Origin: Haliotis cracherodii
Lineage: Eukaryota
Reading direction: 5' to 3'
Assembly: GCF_022045235.1 (NCBI RefSeq)
Contig: NW_027266308.1
Location: 51,770,001 to 51,834,000, forward strand
DNA length: 64,000 nucleotides
Shown here: positions 14,348-28,066 of the stretch, piece after piece
How the letters are laid out: each line of letters begins with the position of its first letter
How positions within the stretch are numbered: position 1 is the first letter of the stretch
The notes under the pieces: model-generated
Seen by the model: the letters and a program-made list of their open reading frames with translations, nothing else
Told to the model about the DNA's origin: nothing
Databases searched by the model: none
Translations under genes and position numbers: made by a program

Positions 14348-14697
14348 GGGGGCAGTGGGTCTGCCCAGAGGATAAAGCATTCACTCATCACACTGAAGAG
14401 TGAGTGAGTGAGTATGGTTTTACGCCGCTTTTAGCAATATTCCAGCAATATCATGGCGGGGATCACCAGAAATGGGCTTCACACACTGTACCCATGTCGG
14501 GAATCGAACCCGGGTTTTCGGCGTGATGAGCGAACACTTTAACCACTAGACTACCCGACCTCCCCTCACACTGAAGACCCAGGTTCAATTCCCCACATGG
14601 GCACAATGCATGAACTCATTTCTGGTGTCCCCAACCTCGATATTGCTGGTATATTGCTAAAGTCTGTGTTAAACCATCCTCACTAAATCACTCACTC
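14348..14697. mobile_element. SINE A (+) interrupted by a SINE A (-) at about 14400-14565
   Basis: Inner copy flanked by the 12-bp TSD tcacactgaaga. Outer halves rejoin to the consensus. Confidence 0.85.
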
Positions 14698-15764
14698 CAA
14701 TCCCCATGATTATCAAACTCTCAGAATAGCATCTGCATCCAGGTTGGTAAACACTTTAATGCATCACAGTTCATGAATATATTGTTTCGGTCTTGTTTCC
14801 ATACCAGACTAACTTTGCCCACACTGACTTCAGGAATAACATTCCACAGCAAATCGTAAACAGCATTTTTTGTGTCAACATCACTGGATAATACACATTA
14901 TTTGTGCTGAGGTGGGACATGTTTACACCACATTAGCAGCGTGTCCTAACCCTGTATAGCACAGGCGTAACGTATCACACTTGCAGCCATAAACCCTGGC
15001 CCTGTGTAAGACAGAGTAATATAACATGTGTTAGCCATTGCAGCCACTGGTAGTGCCTGTAGTCTTACAGTTGGTTCCTCTTTGGTTTGTGGCAATAATC
15101 TGACAGGAAAGTCTTGGCATTCCTCAGATCTGCCCATCTTACTTTCTTGTTTCACAGATTTAAAAATATTAATAAATTGCATTAGAGTAAAAAATTGGAT
15201 TTTCTGCAACATTCTTTGTATTTTGGTTAAATTATATTACAAATTAAACGTGACAACATGTTTGAATATATTTTGCACCCTTTCTCTTGATATCTTAACC
15301 AATACAAACACAAGAAGCTCAATTATTCTGGCCCTATACCATGTTTACCAGAATACCTTACTTCAAATAAACTGCCTGCAAGACTTTCAATACTTGCCTT
15401 TTGTCACCTACTAAAATACTGAAATGAGTTCCCAACTCCTTCCACTCTCCGGGCAGATGCTCTACCACTAGACCATGGCGGCGGTATACATGGATGGAGG
15501 GTTAGTTGGCATGTAGTGTGGCCTTAGGGACCCAGACCACACGAACATCACATATTAAGTACATTCATGTTGTCGACAGCAGGACCTTACTGTGATGCTA
15601 AAGCATAATTTACACCTTACTTACAATTAATTCTTAATTCAATTCTTCTTTGGCTCCCTCACAACATTTAAAAGCTTCTCATTTTTTTGTTTAAAAAGAA
15701 ATTAAGGTAATGTTATTGTACATACACACCCGAAAGTGAGCAGGTATACATCTTGAATATAAGA

Positions 15765-15767
<3 letters not shown>

Positions 15768-15805
<38 letters not shown>

Positions 15806-16050
15806 CTATATAAGTATATACTGTAGGGACCTACGCAGAGCTCATGGCAAACATCGTCATCGCCGACATCATCATCATCACCATCATCGATCATCATTCA
15901 CTATATAATTATATACTGTAATAGCACCATGTTGGGACCTATGCAGAGCTCATAGCAACATCGTCATCACCAACATCACCATCATCATCCACTATATAAT
16001 TTTAAGCTGTAACAGCACCACGTTGGGACCTACACAGAGCTCATGGCAAT
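15768..16050. repeat. (CAT)n microsatellite merging into 3 copies of a unit of about 90-100 bp
   Basis: cactatataa...gggaccta..cagagctcat.gcaa occurs three times, separated by CAT runs. Confidence 0.8.
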
Positions 16051-16456
16051 ATTGCACCCTTTTAAGTTTTCACTAAGGGGCAATGAATATTTGAAAGCCA
16101 ATTTAGGTTAACATAAAACAGATAAATCTATACAGTAATGTTGGTGAAATGTGTTTAGTGTTGCCCACACATGCCATGCATAAACTCAGGAAAATATTTA
16201 TATAAATGAACAGACAAAACTGACACAAACAGCCACGTTACAAGTGGGGTTTGTCCTCACAAACCAGCCTGATCTAGGCAGAGATCCAGCATCAAACAAC
16301 ACAAGGCAGAAATCCAACTTGGTCTACAATCACAAACTTTTACTGAATTTAATGATGTATCAAGTTTGTAACTGACCATCTGTCGCTGAGCTACCATTAC
16401 TGTTACAAATGTCCAAACACCTGGTACAATTATAATCCAAACATAATCAAACTACT

Positions 16457-16623
16457 AGTGTGAGGATGGTTTTACCCTGCTTTTTCGCAATATTCCAGCA
16501 ATATCACGGTGGGGGACACCAGAAATGGGCTTCACGCGATCACATGATACCCACACGGAATTGAACCCTTATTTTCAACATGACAAGCAAATGCTTTCAC
16601 CACCAGTCCAGCCCACCATCCCA
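16457..16623 (-). mobile_element. SINE family A, diverged
   Basis: gcaatattccagcaatatcacgg..gacaccagaaatgggcttc core. Confidence 0.75.
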
Positions 16624-19409
16624 AACAACTAGTGCCTGTTTAGTCAATGTATGCTCAAGTTGCTGCCACCACTAACATGTACTTTGGTTCATTATCACAA
16701 CACATAGGCTGTGCATTGTTCATGAATCAATACAATATATCCTGATACACAAAGTTCCACAAAAACAATATACAAAGGTTTAACATTTCTTCCCCCTTAG
16801 GGAATTAGAAAAACAGTCAAACATAGTCATTCAACCAATCTTTTCTAAACCTTACATAGAGACCATTTTAACATGTTTCAAGATTTCTTTTCGGGGGATA
16901 GAATGTAGTTTTACTCCACAATAATCAAAATACCACCTATATCATTGCAGGATTTAACAATAACGACTTCAATATGTGTGCACACTTTGCGTAAATCTAC
17001 TACGCTAAACAGATTTACACAGTATGCACACAGGTTTTTACGTTTATTCCTACATAAAAACACAAAATATGGAAGTATTTATTTTAAACTAAATCTGCCT
17101 TAAACATGTTAAAAACATACAGCAATTAATTGTCATTTCAAATAGAAATTGTGGACAAAGCTAAAGAAATAACTCAATATTTCATGATAGACAGTTGTCA
17201 TCCCAACAGCACAGAAGGAGCATGTCCATGAATCATAAGATTAAAGATAGGAATCAACCGATTGCACACCAGGGTAATGTGATCCAGTACATAACATTAT
17301 CCAGATGGCTTGAGGCTTTATTGTTCTATTCTTGACTAGAAAATCAGTTGAACCCAATACACAATTAATTCGTTCTAATTATGTTCTGATGCAAGTCCTG
17401 GCGACCATGTTGAAATCTGTCTGACAGCTCATGAAAGCCAGGTCAAAGCCAGACAGGCAAATGGTGCACGAACTGACAACAAATCTCACCTTATGCCTGA
17501 GAAAAACCATAATGCAACATTAACAGCCCTGTATCAGGCCACTAAACCTGGTATTGTATTTTTTGTTCTCTACAGATGAGATTGAGGCTGGAGTGAATGT
17601 TCTCATAAATCTGCTAGCACTGCATTGGTCCAATGTGACAACCTTGAGGTTTATGATCGGAACAGTTTGATCTCTACTGAAATACAACACAAGGTTCACA
17701 TGCTAATCATGACCTAGAGACAGGTTCGGTGAGATTTCTTTTTCAAAAGTATGTAATTTTTCTGTACATTTTCCAGAAAAACATCCATATATATTATCTA
17801 CCTTCAAACATCAACCCTGCAGGCAAGTTAAATGTTGCTGAGTGTGATCCCGAAACACAACATAACCAAGGCACTCAAGGATAGACAAAGAAAGATGTTT
17901 GTACATCCTTACCAACTTGTCATGGTGGATGATGACTGCATTGGGATTCCAGATTAGAATAGGTCCCAACCTATGCTTTGGTAAATGGCGACCAAATGGA
18001 TTGGGTGGTCAGTCTTGGTGACTTAGTGTGATTGCATATTATCATTATCATTGTTGTTTACTTTATCAAACACTGGATTGTTTGCTCCAGACTAAATTAT
18101 TAGAAGGCCGATGTCCAATAGCTGAAATACTGCTGCATGCAAAAACAGAAGTTTTAACTTTTTCTAATTTATGTGAAGAGAGTAATCGTACATGTAAATA
18201 TTAGGAACAATACCAGAACAAATATTTATTTGTGACAATATGCTGCATGTACATGATGTAGATATCATGTGTTTACAGTACTGTTATTTCACAATGTGCC
18301 TTGTTGTATTAATATGCAGTACTTATAATAAAACACAACAGGAAACATCTTCTGAAATTCTCTGAATACTCCCTTATCTTTTCAAATAAAATAAAAGTTT
18401 GGAGAACATCAAGATATCAACTTTTTCAACAATAAAGAAGTTGTTATCCATAAAAGCTTCAGTTCTACAAATCAGTCTAGACAAATGGTCTAGGTCGCCA
18501 TATTGTGTGGTTTTGCAGTCTGTGGCTACACAGTATCAGCTACACAGGACATGTTTCTATAGACTATTCAACATCGCTGTCTGTCCCCAGGCGTGTCACT
18601 ACGTTACTATCAAGCCCCACTGCCCCTGCTCTGAAGGGTCATTCAATATAGTCATGAGACATGACACTTATTAGTTACCTTTTGTCAATAAGGGAACTCC
18701 TTTGGCATAAAGTTACTTGTGAAGTGGCCTATGGGTTTGAGTTGATAAGTGATATATATCGTGCAAATCCATACAATTAACTTGACATAAAACAGTGTGA
18801 TTGACATTCTGGATACACCTTTAATACAAGTTCTCAAAATCTGACCATGGTAAACAATAAGCACTACATTCCGTAAGGATAGTTTATCTAGATGTACATA
18901 TTGTTCAAGAGTTGGGGTTGTTGAAAGCTGCACAGCAAATCTGAAGCAGTATCATTTAACACCATGCAAAGATGGACATATGTCCACTAATCTGGCTCAC
19001 AGACTATAACCAGGTCTTTAATTGGGCTCAGACAGAAACTTGAGTATGAGAGCGGGGTAAGGCTGAGATGGAATTGAGCCCAATGTCAAGGACTTGAATA
19101 CCTTACCAGGGGAGGTAACTCACATCTTCAGTTCTCTTCAATTTCAGACAAAGACAAACAGTACAGTATCTGGTAGAGGTGTAACGATACAGGAGGGTTG
19201 CGATACGATACTTATCACGATACAGTGTTTACTGGTACAAGCTAAACCAAGTTGATGTCTTTCTGCTCTCTAAGAGATGTGACAAGTACAGTTGAAGAAG
19301 ATATAAGGTGTTTTTTTACTGTTATAGCAAATTGTCAGCAATACAGTATGTTTTACTGAAACAACAAACTGGCTTTGAAACTGTTAAACGTATTTCATGT
19401 TTAAAAGTA

Positions 19410-20706
19410 CTGTATTTTCTTGAGTATAGTGCGCACCCATGTATAAAGCTCACCCCCCTCTAGCGGGTTCAATATTTTGGAAAAAAAGAAATTTGAATAT
19501 TATGCGCAGAAAAAAATTACACCATACCCCTTCAGCGAAATCCGGCAAACGAACGGGTGATGAGAAACTTTGTCAGTACAAATTCGAAATTTGAGATAAA
19601 AAATCACCAGACATGTTGATTTACCGTTTAAATTGTATTTTTTGTTCATCTAGGCATTGTTTTATATCCAGGGATTAAGATTACCTTGTGTATTTTCTCG
19701 TAAACTAAGCCGGACACAGCAATCAGCTGTACACACGTTTTCTTGGAATCTACTGGTGATTCGGTCAAGACACACCCAATGATATAACTTTACAGGATTT
19801 TAATGCAAGGATCAGCAAAAGTTGTATCTGAAACTATTCTTTTATCAGGAATAATATATTCCAATATCTTGTTAATCTATATGCAGATTTTACTAAACAT
19901 ATTTAAAATAATAATAACCCTAAGCGAAGCAGCTGATCGCTCTTGCCGGGTTTTAATTTTTACATGGAACCAGTCTGACCAGTCACCGTCAAGGCTCCCT
20001 TGCACGTGATCGCGTGATCGCGAGAATTACGTGTTGACATAGAATCGTCCAACAAAAACAAATATGACTTTTAACAAATCAAAGTATGGCATTTATGTTA
20101 CATGTATCCATTCTCTGTCAACTAAAGTTCGTTTCAAGGAGGGGCGGTCGGGTAGCCTAGTGGTTTAAGCGTTCGCTCTTCACGCCTAAGACCCGGGTTC
20201 GATTCCCGACATGGGTACAATGTGTGAAGCCCATTTCTGGTGTCCCCCGCCGTGATATTGCTGGAATATTGCTAAAAGCGGCGTAAAACCATACTCACTC
20301 ACTCACTCGTTTCAAGGCGTCAATAGCAGTAATCTGACCGTGGTTGCTGTTAATAACGGTGAGTTGTGCGATCTTCCGATCGCTTCACACATGATTTCGC
20401 CGAAATTAATTAAAACAATATTAAAAGGAATTTTGAATAAAATTATAGAAATAAGTTACAAACATAAGTCCAGATATACAAAGAACACTTTTTATAGCCA
20501 GACAGTGTAATTACATAAATAATTTGCGAACTTCAGTATGGATTTGTTGACATGGTATTTCCGGTGTTACTTGCACACGGTAATGGTAATGTCTTTCCAT
20601 GGGGGGAAAAAACATCAAAACTCATTAATTCTTGTATAATGCACACCCCCTTCCACACAGCTGTGTTTTTTTTTAAAAAGTGCTCACTATACTCAAGAAA
20701 ATACGG
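19410..20706. mobile_element. Tc2/pogo-like non-autonomous element nested in the hAT element
   Basis: TIR ctgtattttcttgagtatagtg / cactatactcaagaaaatacgg, TA TSD. Confidence 0.85.
20141..20306 (+). mobile_element. tRNA-derived SINE family A, full-length young copy
   Basis: A box tagcctagtgg, B box ggttcgattcc, tail gctggaatattgctaaaagcggcgtaaaac followed by (cact)n. TSD tcgtttcaagg. Confidence 0.9.
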
Positions 20707-23059
20707 TAAGTAAAACTGTGGTATGAAAATATCGTATGTATCGCGATACATGCTTTCCAAATCGATGCATCGTATCGTGGGCTGTGCATCGGGATACAAT
20801 ACTGTATCGCTGTATCGTTACACCACTAGTATCTGGTTATATTTGAACAAAGATGATGCTGAGACAAAAAGACAAAATGTTGATTGTGTGGCTGATTACA
20901 GATGAAATTTGGTACCTGAGTCCGGATCAGGCACTGTGACATGGGTCCTTCTTATCTACCCGTCATAACTCTTGTCTAGCTCTTGACAACCAGTCGTTAT
21001 ATTATAAGCATCATCACATGTGGTAAGGGTACAATGACACATTCTGAAAACTTCACCAAGCCCGACCACCAGACCCTTTAACTACTGGTAGTCAACTACT
21101 GGGGACCAGACCTATCTTGAAATCTCCAAAGGGCAGTTTCCAGACTAGCAGGATCCAAACTAATGAGTTCTTTTTGTACCTTGAGAGCAATTTTTCTAGA
21201 TCAGTAGAATCTGCTTAACAAGGGTTGACAGTACTAAGAAATATAACTGAAGAGCCATGTAAACATTCACTATTCATGAACATATGTTCTTTGGAAGCAT
21301 GTCTTATCAAGTAATCTGACAGCTCTACACATTCATATAGGTAACGGATATCTCCAAGTTTATGTGACTGCAGTCATATCTGCACTTCACTTTCAACTTA
21401 ATCTCTGTTGTCAGTTTTAAGACAGCACACTTTCAACCAAGAATGATTCTCCACTTGAATATGTCCACCTACTATGTCAGTGATAAATATATGGTCCACT
21501 TCAAAGACAATATGCTTATCATACCTTCCAGTATGTACTGCTTGCATACAACTTATCTCGATCAATATTTGAAAGCAAGATTATACATAGTTTAATACAC
21601 ATGCCATATACAAATAATTTTCCTCTGAGTTTGTAAATGTTGGTGACTTGATCTGTTATACAAGAAGGAATTAACTTGTGCTGTTTTCTCCAAAAACAAA
21701 CCAAGCAATCAGCTGGTGATGCCACCAACACAATTGGAGAGACAATTGAATTTTTGTATCAACTTAATGAATAAATGTCTACTTAGCATTCACAACCCTG
21801 CTGTATTTCCTGTTTAAATTATATCCCCTGTGTATGTAAAACCTTACACTGCCAACAGTTCTTCAGTACTGCTCACAAGCAACATTTGGAATAATCCTTC
21901 ATAATATTCTCAAATAAACATTTTCTCTTCAAACAAATTACAGTTCCCCAATGACAGCAAACCTCCTCCTCCATCTAAACTGAGTATAGAGGATTGCTTG
22001 TAGAATACTGGTGCATTGCAACGCTCTGGAGTTCAGATCATGATCTTGAATAAAGCCAAGCGGTAAGGAAAATGTATCGATGAGAAAGGGTCCATGTATA
22101 TATGAAAAAAGACATGTTACGTGGGATGTTGGTTGTGACAGAGTATGTGTTTGGCCACTGCTCCAAGAAATATAACTGTTTTCTCTCCAAAAGAAGAAGT
22201 TAACATTTTGGCTTCACAAAACATTTCTATTCAAGACATCCAGCTTTTCCAGCGAACAATGTATTTTTTCTGGAATAACTTGTGGAAAACTAAATTTCCA
22301 ACAGTATTTTCCAGGACATGTTTTTTCTTCAATAATCTCAGGCTCTTCCTCCCTACCCCCTGAATAGCAAATATAAAACATCAGACCTTCACTCTAATGT
22401 AAGGAATTGAGAGGGTCCCAAGATTCCTGTAGGAGTATACCTCAAGGACCTGCTTTATAATGTAACTGTGGCACACTTGTATCCCAATAAAGTGAATGAC
22501 ATACACATGTGCTGCTCTCCCCCTCTCGGGTCACTCTGACACAGACTCGTAGTATCAGCACCACCATGTTTGTGTGTATCTGGAGATAACCTCTCAAGTG
22601 GTCTTCTGCCACCACCAGCAACAGCCTGGGTCAGCTGCTATCAACATTACATACATGTTGGAGTGACTACAGGTTTACATGCTGATAGACCTGGGCTGAA
22701 ATGTTTGTTCATCCTCATCACCATGGTTACGATGCAGATTCAAGAAACACTGAATGCTTGAACTGCAGTAAGTGACTGCAAGGCAATGTTAAGTTTTCAG
22801 AGTTTGAACGATAGTTAAAAAACTTTGTTCAAACGTTGATGTAAGTAAAACTTATCAATAATAGTAACAAGGCAATTATATAGCCCTATATGCTCTTCTG
22901 TTTTATGAAAACAAATCCTTATTATACACAAGTAAATATACTCAGTCATGTAATGTTTCAGTCTTAGTAGGGGGTGCTTATAAAGATTACTTACAGATTA
23001 GTCTAAAAGTTCGTCAGGAGGTACATATTGGAGCAGGACGTTTAATAGATCAAATACAG

Positions 23060-23131
23060 TACTACTCAAAATAAGTTAAGAACACACGAATTCTGTAAGA
23101 ATTGAGTGTTCCTTAGCTTTTTGGAGTAGTA
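23060..23131. mobile_element. Very short Tc1-like hairpin MITE (tactactcaaa family)
   Basis: tactactcaaaataagttaagaacac ... gtgttccttagctttttggagtagta. Confidence 0.7.
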
Positions 23132-23385
23132 TATACAATAAAAATAGAGCCAGAAAAAGCTCTTCATTTTCAGACTGAAGAAATATAGACTTGGAGTTTT
23201 CGGATATTCGTTTCAGGGATTGTATGAGAAACTACATAAGCAGGTTTGCAGCTGTGTATAACTAAAACCTGTGTATATTCACTAAGTGTTGTAAAAGTAG
23301 AGCAAGTGGGCTGTATGTATGCATGTATCCAGTTTACCACATATTCAAGGACAACATGGTACAAGCTGCAAGGCCGTCAACTCAC

Positions 23386-23471
23386 CTAAAAATGTAGGTT
23401 TGATGGCAAGCAGTCGGTCATCCAACCTCTTCTTGACTAAATCTTCTATTGTCGAGGAGCTAAACACCCAC
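23386..23471 (-). CDS. SMP-domain gene exon 2 (WVFSSSTIEDLVKKRLDDRLLAIKPTFL)
   Basis: Acceptor tttcag and donor G|GTGAGT. 86 nt, phase 2 to 1, joins in frame with exons 1 and 3. Confidence 0.8.
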
Positions 23472-24473
23472 CTGAAATATATAAATTGAGCGACATACAG
23501 CCTGATGTTTGGATAAAGAATAAGATGGATAAGACGACATAGGGCCCATTTTTCCTCCAAATGTATTAGTGCCTCTGCTTGTATAATGTTTCATGGAAAG
23601 TGAAGGTAGGTGGGCGTATCATAGACATGGATCTGCCCATGAGAGGTTTTTCAGACTTTATAAAGCTCTTCTACAAACACCAAGAAACATCTCACCTCAA
23701 TGACCTTGACCTTAATATAGATAAGGGGTCAACAATGTCATCATCTGTGGTGCTCTTATGACATTTGTTTGAACCAAAATATGCATTGAGAAAAAATAAA
23801 GAAATTTATTCAGCCCCACCCTGAGAATAATAAGCAGCAAGAGGAAAGCAGGGATTATAAGTGTATAATGGGTAAAATTGTCACTTACAGTTGCTAAAAT
23901 AGTCTACATGTGTTAACGTGAAATTGATCTGTCCCAAACAAACATTCCTCGTGCCAACCTGAAAAGGAAATAGAAATAGTCTATCCTTAACCCAAGATAA
24001 CCTTTTACCTTGGTTCATAAATACACAGACTTTTGAAGCATTTCCAGAAACAGGAATGACAGTTTTGAGGAGGGGCCAGCAAGCATGGCAAGAGAGCACT
24101 TAGGCCTCACATCTCTCTCGGGGCTGTATTTCAGTCATGGTCATCAAGTACGGCAAATGTATGTCTTAACTGTTCGAGAATCAAACCAAGATATTCCGAA
24201 TATTGACCACATACACCAGTCACTGAACTACCTCACAAGCCCAATCATCCTTGACACCATGGCACACATGGCCAACAGTTCGTCCCTCTCAACTGAAAGA
24301 TCAGATATATATGCTCCATGGTATATGTCCACTAGTCGGAGACTAGTAAAATTCAGGAAGGACTAGTGACATTTCCTTGAGGACAACCACTCTCACTTAA
24401 TCAAAGATGCAACTCATGCAGATCATTTTTACGAACTAATAAAAATATAAATTAATTTCTATTCCTGCATATA

Positions 24474-24606
24474 TACTGAACAAAAAAGTTAGGGATCATG
24501 AATATCTTTTGGGATATGAGCAGTTTTATGAAATTGTGTGCGCAGTCTTCACTACAAAAAATATTCCCAAAATCATTCATGATCCCCCAGTTTTTTTTGT
24601 TCAGTA
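24474..24606. mobile_element. Tc1-like MITE
   Basis: TIR tactgaacaaaaaa..gggatcatgaat / attcatgatccc..ttttttgttcagta, TA flanks. Confidence 0.78.
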
Positions 24607-25119
24607 TAAGGAGAGAAGCACCCAGCATGAGTCTTGGTTTCTTGGTGTCATTGTCTGATTGATTGTTCGGTGTTTAACGCAGCACTCAGCAATATTCCAG
24701 CTTATGACAAGTGTGTCTGGGCCATGCAATCCAGTAATTGACATCATGGACATTAATTGATCCATGCCATTGGGATACAGTGACTATGAACCAAGTCACC
24801 GAGCCTGACCACCAGATCCATATCATCGCCTCTTACAATAAGCATATGTAGCTTGGGACCATGCACTTTATCATTTCCCATGAAAGTGCTGTGGAACTTG
24901 CATATACGTGGGGGTTCTGAGGGGTTTCATGGACAGAAGTAGGGGAATGAATATTATTGAACTTCTCAGTCAGCAATATTCCAGCCATATCACTGTGACC
25001 TGTAAATTTCCATGTATATACCACAGCATGACACCAACAGAGCTTGAGCAACAATCCAAGCCACTGGGGTATGTACAGTGACACACAAACGGCTACATCA
25101 TAGTGTATGACCAACCGAT

Positions 25120-25802
25120 CCCCTTTTAGGGTCCTCTTGAGAAAAGCATGGGACACTGGGGACTCATTTTAGAGTGTTCCATAGACAAGAATGGGGCACT
25201 GGAGACCTATTTTAGGGTGTCCTTAAGACAAGTGTGGAACCCAGAAAACCAATTTTAGGATGCTCTTCTGACAGACAAGCATGGGGCAACAGGGACCCAT
25301 TAAAGGGAGCTCTTCAGACAAGCATGGGGCACCAGGGACCCATTAAAGGGAGCTCTTCAGACAAGTATGGGGCAACAGGGACCCATAAAAGGGAGCTCTT
25401 CAGACAAGTATGGGGCAACAGGGACCCATAAAAGGGAGCTCTTCAGACAAGTATGGGGCACCAGGGACCCATTATAAGGAGCTCTTCAGACAGACAAGCA
25501 TGGGGCACCAGGGACCCATTTTAGGGAGCTCTTCAGACAGACAAGCATGGGGCACCAGGGACCCATTTTAGGGGACTTGAGACAAGCATGTGGCACCAGG
25601 GACCCATTTTAAGGTGCTCTTGAGACAAGCATCGGACACTGGGGACCCATTATAGGGAGCTCTTCAGACAAGCATGGGGCACAGGGGATCCATTTTAAGG
25701 TGCTCTAGAGACAAGCACAGGGCACTGTGGATCCATTTTAGGGTGCTCTTGAGACAAGCATGGGGCACAGGGGACCCATTTTAGGGTGCTCTAGAGACAA
25801 GC
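25120..25802. repeat. About 41-bp minisatellite (about 16 units) homologous to the family B 5' domain
   Basis: Unit gacaagcatggggcaccagggacccattttagggtgctctt. Confidence 0.9.
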
Positions 25803-26768
25803 TCTGGTATACAGCATGTGACGTACAATGTATTCAATGTATCTTCATACAATACTGCGGTTAACTATAGAAGCCATTGTGGGCGATCACAGCCGTCAAT
25901 AACCCACCACACAGTACCAGCAGGAGCAGATCCTTCACTTTCTAACACAAGCAATAAAGCTGAAATGTGCTTCAATGCATTCAACTGCACATCCAGACTG
26001 ACGCACCTTTGTGTTGAAGCAACGCGGGAACACGGCTAACTCAAACACTTGAAAACTTCTCAGTGGGGATCCCATCCAACTAAACACACTGAGAAAACAC
26101 CCCATGCACTGGGAAACTCTTGTCTCATTCAAACCACATAATCAGTGTTCAACTGCATGCATTATTTAGGAATGTTTTATATTGTCTTCCTATTGTTTTT
26201 GATATTCATATCATTTTAGTATTTATATCATGTACAATAGCACCTACCATATGTATAAAAGATATAATACTTGCAGTCCTGCAAATATGTTCTTAGGTCG
26301 ATGTGATCATGTCAATATATCTCAAAGGATATACCATCTACCAATCTAGGTCTAGCCTCAGATAGGAGTGTGGGTACAATCTACCAAACCAGGTGTAGGA
26401 GGCTAATTTTGACGATAATCAAGAAAAATGTTGTATCTTCGACAGCTGAAGGCCAATCATTATTCCTTTACTGTTTAATGTGATCAGAGTTGTCATCAAA
26501 TATTTATCTCCATGAATAATTAACACCAGCATTAAAGATAAGATCACTTATTCCAGAGGTTAAGGGTGAATAGCGTCTTCTTGCAAACCAAGCAACCATG
26601 GCAATCATGTGTCTTCAGCTGTCTTTGTTTTACTTAAACTAAAATATTCACTCCAGTTTTTGGACGTTTACAGTAACTAGACATGCCATCTACATGACCT
26701 GGATGATCTTTGAAATTTAAAAAAAAAAGAACCTACCATAGGTGTTTACTAATAACAAACAAATAATG

Positions 26769-27333
26769 TTTGTCTGTTTGTTTAATGCCACTCTCAGCAA
26801 TATTCCAGCTATATATACAGCGGTCTGTAAACAATCAAGTCTGGCCTAGACAATTCAGTAATTGATCATCGATTTTCAAAAACTGGGATACAATGACATG
26901 CATCAACCATCTCCGCGAGCCTTACCACCCGATCCTGTTAGTCGCCTCTTACGACAAACAAAGTTGCCTGTTATGACAAGTATGGGTTGCTGAAGACCTA
27001 TTCTACCCCAGATCTTCACGGGGGAAGACAAGCATGGGATGCTGAAGACCTATTCTACCCGGGTCTTCACAGGGGGAGACAAGCATGGGATGCTGAAGAC
27101 CTATTCTACCCGGGTCTTCACAGGGGGAGACAAGCATGGGATGCTGAAGACCTATTCTACCTGGGTCTTCACAGGGGGAGACAAGCATTGGATGCTGAAG
27201 ACCTATTCTACTCCGGATCTTCACGGGGGGAGACAAGCATGGGTTGCTGAAGACCTATTCTCCTCCGGATCTTCACGGGGGGAGACAAGCATGGGTTGCT
27301 GAAGACCTATTCTACCCCGGATCTTCACGGGTG
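26769..27333 (-). mobile_element. Retroposon family B whose 5' domain is amplified about 7 times (51-53 bp units, 26974-27333)
   Basis: TSD aaacaa(a/g)taatg at 26757-26768 and 27334-27345 encloses both the element and the array. Confidence 0.85.
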
Positions 27334-27778
27334 AAACAAGTAATGATGATGTAGTCACGGGTGTCTATGGTTTACCAGATTGATCGTCCTTGATCAATAG
27401 GGTAGCTTGATGTAGTCCAAATGAAAAGAGTCCCAGGGTTTCAGATTGGTTGATTTTCTAGGACATCAAGACTGTCATCCACAACATCATAAAGATTATT
27501 TTCCAATTTGGGAATGACATCGAAGACCGTCCTGTCAAAAGTGTACTGAGAATGTACTAATGCTATGTGTCTCAAAATTTCTTTCTCTTTCAAAATGCTG
27601 TACCAATGAAAATGACAATACCACAGTCATTTCACCATAACTTGGAGAAAGTGCAAACTAAATTGCAAGAAAGAATTTGAATTTGTTCAAATTCTAAATT
27701 TTTAGAAAATACATGAGGTCAACCCAGCTAAACACCAGTACACATTAAATCTGCTATACAACATGATACAAAATCATT

Positions 27779-28066
27779 TAGCTTGAAAAGTGATGCCATC
27801 ACCATACTTTCAGTGACAAACAACAACATAGCTTGCCAAGTGATGCCATCACCATATTTGCAGTGACAAACAACAACATAGCTTGCAAAGTGATGCCATC
27901 ACCATACTTTCAGTGACAAACAACAACATAGCTTGCAAAGTGATGCCATCACCATATTTGCAGTGACAAACAACAACATAGCTTGCAAAGTGATGCCATC
28001 ACCATATTTTGAGTGACAAACAACAACATAGCTTGCCAAGTGATGCCATCACCATATTTTCAGTGA
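27779..28066. repeat. 50-bp minisatellite, about 5.7 copies
   Basis: Unit gcttgcaaagtgatgccatcaccatatttgcagtgacaaacaacaacata. Confidence 0.95.

Larger units (their letters stand above)
19174..20828. mobile_element. Non-autonomous hAT element (outer layer of a nest)
   Basis: TIR tagaggtgtaacgatac / gtatcgttacaccacta, perfect 8-bp TSD gtatctgg, subterminal cgatac repeats. Confidence 0.88.

Noticed and set aside
20141-20215. tRNA genes
   Set aside because: The A/B-box regions are SINE heads that run into a shared body and tail with TSDs, and no proper acceptor stem is present.
26974-28066. Regularly spaced repeats resembling CRISPR arrays
   Set aside because: These are head-to-tail units without unique spacers, there are no cas genes, and the context is a eukaryotic intron.
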